NCBI GenBank assembly: GCA_038147895.1
Contig: JAYQUJ010000010.1
Coordinates: 312 to 64,311 of the forward strand
Origin: Pseudomonas sp.
Lineage (GTDB): Bacteria > Pseudomonadota > Gammaproteobacteria > Pseudomonadales > Pseudomonadaceae
Length of the DNA stretch: 64,000 nucleotides
Direction of reading: 5' to 3'
Shown in pieces: positions 59,752 through 64,000 of this stretch. How positions within the stretch are numbered: position 1 is the stretch's first letter; every line of letters starts with the position of its first letter. The notes beneath the pieces are model-generated. The model was not told the origin of the DNA. It did no database searches and saw nothing but the letters and a program-made list of their open reading frames with translations. The position numbers were made by a program, and so were the translations under genes.

Positions 59752-59894
59752 TGACGGAGCGATCCCTGATGATTTTCTGACGCTTCTGCTGAGCGTCTGG
59801 GCGGTCTGCAAGACCTGCGCCAAGGCTTGGCGGGTGAGGGATCATAACCACCCGTCATCCGGCGGCCAAGTGCGACCGCCGAATGGCGTGGCTT

Positions 59895-60482
59895 TCAGCA
59901 GGCCTGGCGCTCCATGGCGGCCATGTAGATGGATTGCTTGGGCTGGGCGAAAACCCGGCGCAGCATGGGCTCGAAGAACTCCAGCGGCAGGGTTTCACCT
60001 TCCGGGTCGAAGGCGGCGGCGTCGTAGCGCGCGCAGAACTCGATGGTGGCCTGGAACTGGGGATGCTCCTTGAACTGCTCGCGCAGGTGACGATCCAGCC
60101 CCAGGTGATGGAAGAAGTAGTAGCCCTGGAAGATCGCGTGCTTCTCGATCATCCAGTGGTTTTCCGGGCTGACAAAGGGTTTGAGCATGGCGGCGGCGAT
60201 ATCGGCATGGTTGTAGGAACCAAGGGTGTCGCCGATGTCGTGGAGCAGGGCGCAGACCACGTACTCCTCGTCCTTGCCGTCGCGGTAGGCCAGGGTGGCG
60301 GTCTGCAGCGAGTGGGTCAGGCGGTCGACCGGGAAGCCGCCGAAGTCGCCATCCAGCAGCTTGAGGTGGGCCAGGATCCGATCAGGCAGCAGCTTGGCAT
60401 AGGCGCCAAAGTCCTGGGCGATGATGGCCCAGTCTTCGGCGCTGCCGTCTTCCATATGGGTGAATTGGGCGTGAGCGTTCAT
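59895..60482 (-). CDS. HD-domain protein (PhnZ/MIOX-like ligand pattern)
   Basis: 195 aa. H...HD...H...H...D series: RLTHSLQ, LLHDIGD, YNHADI, IEKHAIF, ARYDAAAFD. Confidence 0.75.
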   Translation of the reverse strand: MNAHAQFTHMEDGSAEDWAIIAQDFGAYAKLLPDRILAHLKLLDGDFGGFPVDRLTHSLQTATLAYRDGKDEEYVVCALLHDIGDTLGSYNHADIAAAMLKPFVSPENHWMIEKHAIFQGYYFFHHLGLDRHLREQFKEHPQFQATIEFCARYDAAAFDPEGETLPLEFFEPMLRRVFAQPKQSIYMAAMERQAC

Positions 60483-60504
60483 CGGGCTGTCTCTTGTTAT
60501 TGGA

Positions 60505-60822
60505 TTAGAAGCGGATGCGGCCGGTAAAGGCGTCCTTGAGCATCACCCAGTCGCCCATGAAGCTGTACAGCGGGTACTTGAAGGTGGCCGGCTTGTTCTT
60601 CTCGAAGGCGAAATGGCCGACCCAGGCAAAGCCGTAACCGGCGAGGGGCAGGGCCAGTAGCCACAGCCATTGCTGGGTGAAAAGGGCGTAGGCGAGGATG
60701 CTCAGTACCAGCAGGCTGCCGACGTAGTGCAGGCGGCGACACACGTCGTTGCTGTGCTCCTGCAGGTAATAGGGGTAAAACTCGGCAAAGCTGTTGAAGC
60801 GTTCGGTGGTTTCGGCGCTCAT
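60505..60822 (-). CDS. DUF962 (Mpo1-like) membrane protein
   Basis: FNSFAEFYPYYLQEHSN..CRRLHYVG...GHFAFEKNKPATFKYP. AGGAGG lies 6 nt upstream of ATG 60822. Confidence 0.78.
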   Translation of the reverse strand: MSAETTERFNSFAEFYPYYLQEHSNDVCRRLHYVGSLLVLSILAYALFTQQWLWLLALPLAGYGFAWVGHFAFEKNKPATFKYPLYSFMGDWVMLKDAFTGRIRF

Positions 60823-60945
60823 GGCGTACCTCCTGTCATTGTTGGCCACAGTCTATGCGCGCTGTCTTGTGGGGCCAGTGACATACAGTGCCAGTTTAGT
60901 ATCCTCGTGGCGCCAGACCGTGCCGACCACTCCATAAGAAGAACG

Positions 60946-61950
60946 ATGAGCGAAAGAACCACTTCCTCCAGCTGGGCCACCAGCATCGTCCAGGGCCTCG
61001 AACTGGGCGGTGTCGACTGCCGGCGTCTGTTTGCCCAGCTGGGCATGGACTACGAGGCACTCAGCGATGCCGACGCACGTTTTCCCCAGGACGGCATGAC
61101 CCGCCTGTGGCATCTGGCCGTCGAGGCCTCGGGCAATCCGGCCATCGGCCTCAACCTGGCTCGTCTGCCGGTGCGCCCCACGGCTTTTCATGTGGTGGGT
61201 TATGCGCTGATGTCCAGCCGCAACCTGCTCGAAGGCTTCCAGCGCCTGGTGCGCTACCAGCGCATCATTGGCGAAGGTGCCGATCTCAGTCTGCAGCCCA
61301 GTCCGGATGGTTATGAGCTGATCCTGGCCATCCACGGCGACCATCTGCCCGCCGCCCGTCCCAGCTTCGAGGCCAGCCTGGCCCACACCATGGCCTTCAG
61401 TCGCTGGCTTACCGGCAAGCCACTCAAACCGCGCGAGGTACGTTTCCAGGGGCCCGCCCCGGCGGATCTGCAGCCTTATGAAGAGGTGTTCCAGGCGCCG
61501 TTGCGTTTCGGTAGCGAGCGCTATTCCCTGTTGTTCGACCGTGCCGACCTGGAAAGGCCTCTGCCTTCGGCCAACGAAGCCCTGGCGCAAGTGCATGACC
61601 GTTTCGCGGGGGAATACCTGGCACGCTTCTCCGATGGCCGGGTGACCCATCAGGTGCGCCAGGTGCTGTGCCGTCTGCTGCCGCAGGGTGAGCCCAAGCG
61701 CGAGGCGGTGGCCCAGGCCCTGCTGCTGTCCGAGCGTACCCTGCAGCGGCGCTTGCAGGAGGAGGGCACCAGCTACCAGCAGTTGCTCGACGACAGCCGC
61801 CGCGAGCTGGCCGAACAGTACCTGGCCCAGCCCAACCTGACCCTGCTGCAGGTGTCCTACCTGCTCGGTTTTGCCGACCCCAGCAACTTCTTCCGTGCCT
61901 TCCGCCGCTGGTTCGATACCACGCCGGGCGAGTACCGCGCGCGGCTTTGA
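60946..61950 (+). CDS. AraC family transcriptional regulator with an arabinose-binding-like N-terminal domain
   Basis: 334 aa with a C-terminal dual HTH (LLGFADPSNFFRAFRRW). Divergent from the DUF962-HD pair. Confidence 0.85.
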   Translation: MSERTTSSSWATSIVQGLELGGVDCRRLFAQLGMDYEALSDADARFPQDGMTRLWHLAVEASGNPAIGLNLARLPVRPTAFHVVGYALMSSRNLLEGFQRLVRYQRIIGEGADLSLQPSPDGYELILAIHGDHLPAARPSFEASLAHTMAFSRWLTGKPLKPREVRFQGPAPADLQPYEEVFQAPLRFGSERYSLLFDRADLERPLPSANEALAQVHDRFAGEYLARFSDGRVTHQVRQVLCRLLPQGEPKREAVAQALLLSERTLQRRLQEEGTSYQQLLDDSRRELAEQYLAQPNLTLLQVSYLLGFADPSNFFRAFRRWFDTTPGEYRARL

Positions 61951-61977
61951 GCCTTTTGGGCGACGGCGATGTAGCGC

Positions 61978-62074
61978 GTAGGCTGGGTCAGGCCAAAGGC
62001 CGTAACCCAGCAGCGAAGTCGAGCGTTTCTCCGATTCGCTGGGTTACGCCGCTGGCGCGGCTAACCCAGCCTAC
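61978..62074. repeat. Composite REP-like element: two GCTGGGT..ACCCAGC hairpins flanked by GTAG/CTAC
   Basis: GTAGGCTGGGT...TAACCCAGC at 61978-62011 and GCTGGGTTA...TAACCCAGCCTAC at 62038-62074. Confidence 0.75.
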
Positions 62075-62090
62075 ATTGGGGCGCAGCGGC

Positions 62091-63545
62091 CTAATGGCGC
62101 CAGAAGGCGGGGAACAGCAGTACCAGCACGGTGAGAATTTCCAGGCGCCCCAGCAGCATGCCGAAGGTCAGTACCCACTTGGCCATGTCCGGCAGGCTGG
62201 CGTAGTTGCCGGCCGGGCCGATCACCTCGCCCATGCCCGGGCCGACGCCGGACACCATGGCGGCTGCGCCGCTCAGCGCGGTGATCCAGTCCACACCCGT
62301 GAGCGCCACGCCCAGGGCCAGGGTGGCGATGGTGATGGTGTAGAAGAAGGCGAAGGCCAGGATCGAGCGGACGATATCCTCGTCCAGGCGATGGCGGTTG
62401 TAGTTCTGCCGGATCACCGCGCGCGGGTGTACCAGTTGCTTGAGGTTGGCCTTGAGCAGGATGTAGGCGACCTGGAAGCGGAACACCTTGAGGCCACCAG
62501 CGGTGGAGCCGGAGCAGCCGCCGACGAAGCCCAGATAGAAGAACAGCATGCTGGCGAATGGGCCCCACAGGTGGTAATCGCCCACGGCGAAGCCGGTGGT
62601 GGTCATCACCGAGGTGATGTTCACCGTCACGTGGCGCAGGGCATCGAGCCAGTGCAGGTCGGTGGTCAGCCACTTCCACAGAGCCAGGGCTAGGCAGCTG
62701 GACAGCAGAATCAGCAGGAAACCGCGTACCTGCTCGTCGCGCCACAGCGCTCGATAGTTGCCGCGCAGCATGGAGACGTAGAGCACGAAGGGCAGGCTGC
62801 CGAGGATCATCACCACCACGGCCACCCAGTGCACGGCCGGCTGCTGCCACTTGCCCAGCGATGAGTCCGAGGTAGAAAAGCCGCCGGTGGCGATGGCCGA
62901 CATGGCGTGGTTGATGGCGTCGAACAAACCCATGCCGGCCAGCCAGAAGCCCAGCACCGCCAAGGAGCTGAGGCCGACGTAGGCCAACACCATGTACTTG
63001 GCGACCATGTGCGAGCGCGGCATGACCTTTTCCGAGCGATCCGACGACTCGGTCTGGAACAGACGCATACCGCCGATGCGCAGCATCGGCAGGATCGCCA
63101 CCGCCATGCCGATGAAGCCGATGCCGCCCAGCCAGTGCAGCAGCGAGCGCCAGAGCAGCAGGCCGGGGGCCATGTCGTCGAGGCCGCTGAAAATGGTGGC
63201 ACCGGTGGCGGTGATACCGGACATGCTCTCGAAGTAGGCGTCGGTGAAGCTGATGTGGCGGGTGAAGATGAACGGTAGGGCGGCGAACACCGACACCACG
63301 ACCCAGCTGGACACGGTCAGCATGTACATGTCGCGCGGGCGCAGGTGGCTGTCGGCTGGACGGCCCTGCGCGAGCATGGCGATACCGGCGACGAAGGTGA
63401 TCAGGCTCGACCAGAGAAAGGCGTTGATGCCCCTGGGGCTGGCATAGATCAGCTGGGTGGCGACGGGCGCCAGCATGCTTACCGCCAGGGTGATCAGGAA
63501 AATGCCGTTGATGAAGGCAACGGTGCGCAGGGTAGACAGCCGCAT
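62091..63545 (-). CDS. trkH: TrkH family potassium uptake protein
   Basis: 484 aa. MRLSTLRTVAFINGIFLITLA... and the GGCSGSTAGGLKVFRF selectivity-loop region. Confidence 0.9.
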   Translation of the reverse strand: MRLSTLRTVAFINGIFLITLAVSMLAPVATQLIYASPRGINAFLWSSLITFVAGIAMLAQGRPADSHLRPRDMYMLTVSSWVVVSVFAALPFIFTRHISFTDAYFESMSGITATGATIFSGLDDMAPGLLLWRSLLHWLGGIGFIGMAVAILPMLRIGGMRLFQTESSDRSEKVMPRSHMVAKYMVLAYVGLSSLAVLGFWLAGMGLFDAINHAMSAIATGGFSTSDSSLGKWQQPAVHWVAVVVMILGSLPFVLYVSMLRGNYRALWRDEQVRGFLLILLSSCLALALWKWLTTDLHWLDALRHVTVNITSVMTTTGFAVGDYHLWGPFASMLFFYLGFVGGCSGSTAGGLKVFRFQVAYILLKANLKQLVHPRAVIRQNYNRHRLDEDIVRSILAFAFFYTITIATLALGVALTGVDWITALSGAAAMVSGVGPGMGEVIGPAGNYASLPDMAKWVLTFGMLLGRLEILTVLVLLFPAFWRH

Positions 63546-63550
63546 CCGGG

Positions 63551-64000
63551 TCAGTGCTTCCAGAAGGTGCGGGTAACCAGGACCAGCACGGTGAGAATTT
63601 CCAGGCGCCCGAGCAGCATGCCGGCGGTCAGCAGCCACTTGGCGCTATCAGGCAGGCTGGCGAAGTTGCCGGCCGGGCCGATGATCGGGCCCAGGCCCGG
63701 GCCGACGTTGCACACCGCAGTGGCGGCGCCGGTCAGCGCGGTGACCCAGTCCAGGCCGGTCAGGGTCAGGGCCAGGGCCAGTACGCCGATGGTGATGGTG
63801 AAGAAGAAGGAGAAAGTGATCAGTGAGCGGACGATGTCTTCGTCCAGGTTGTGGTTGTTGTACTGCTGCTTGATCACCGCACGCGGGTGCACCAGTTGCT
63901 GCAGGTTGGCGCGCAGCAGCACGTAGGCAACCTGGAAACGGAAGACCTTCAGGCCGCCGGAGGTCGAGCCCGAGCAGCCGCCGACGAAGGTCAGGTAGAA
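63551..64000 (-). CDS. Second TrkH family protein, C-terminal part. The 5' end lies outside the window.
   Basis: The reading frame continues to the window edge (...GCSGSTSGGLKVFRFQVAYVLLRANLQQLVHPRAVIK...TRTFWKH*). Its stop lies 5 nt before the start of the downstream trkH. Confidence 0.85.
   Translation of the reverse strand, partial: FYLTFVGGCSGSTSGGLKVFRFQVAYVLLRANLQQLVHPRAVIKQQYNNHNLDEDIVRSLITFSFFFTITIGVLALALTLTGLDWVTALTGAATAVCNVGPGLGPIIGPAGNFASLPDSAKWLLTAGMLLGRLEILTVLVLVTRTFWKH

Noticed and set aside
58201-59754. 517-aa plus-strand ORF overlapping the agt 3' end, the terminator and all of cyaB.
   Set aside because: It would read through a 16-bp-stem terminator. It is antisense to a cyclase with intact catalytic motifs, and its translation is low-complexity.
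60834-60882. Two direct repeats of about 20 bp (TGTCATTGTTGGCCACAGTC / TGTCTTGTGGGGCCAGTGAC) as AraC binding sites in the DUF962/AraC divergent region.
   Set aside because: Only about 12 of 20 positions match, and the 29-bp spacing is not the usual 21 bp. The similarity is too weak to call without comparative data.

Overview
This is a high-GC, Pseudomonas-type core chromosome segment. Gene order and protein sequences resemble P. aeruginosa loci PA1271-81, PA1032-61, PA1433/34 and PA3217-21; those locus numbers are recalled from memory and not verified. I can support about 65 protein-coding genes. Left to right they are: the btuB 3' end plus a translationally coupled cobalamin operon (cobB-bluB-cobD-cobC-cobQ / cobU-cobT-phosphatase-cobS); MarR-MFS; a periplasmic glutathione peroxidase; FadL; a PL7 alginate lyase; the AHL acylase QuiP; a block of small conserved unknowns (LEA_2 lipoprotein, His-rich SEC-C mini-protein, YchJ, lipoproteins); two tandem OmpA-like lipoproteins; dinG; a large secreted clan GH-A-like hydrolase; pdxH; a CdaR-GntP-glycerate kinase module; a 6-gene Mrp/Pha cation:proton antiporter; lapG-lapD; recQ; a FimV-like protein; csaA; a Pho-box-preceded plcP-agt lipid-remodelling pair; cyaB; an HD/DUF962 pair; and two tandem trkH paralogs. 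I saw no rRNA, tRNA, CRISPR array, IS/transposase, integrase or phage genes, and no recognisable defence or toxin-antitoxin module. I could not find a convincing, clearly new multi-gene system. The items most worth follow-up are: (i) a BtuM-like 6-TM gene embedded between btuB and cobB; (ii) a LEA_2 lipoprotein coupled to a His-rich SEC-C metal-binding mini-protein; (iii) four phased PHO-box repeats in front of plcP-agt; (iv) an AraC-controlled pair of non-canonical Fe-oxygenase-like proteins (HD + DUF962); (v) an untracked 39-aa ORF coupled to an MFS transporter; (vi) a tandem OmpA-like duplication with an SD-occluding hairpin; (vii) a probable non-canonical CTG start for cobT. The many long ORFs antisense to real genes are treated as high-GC artefacts.
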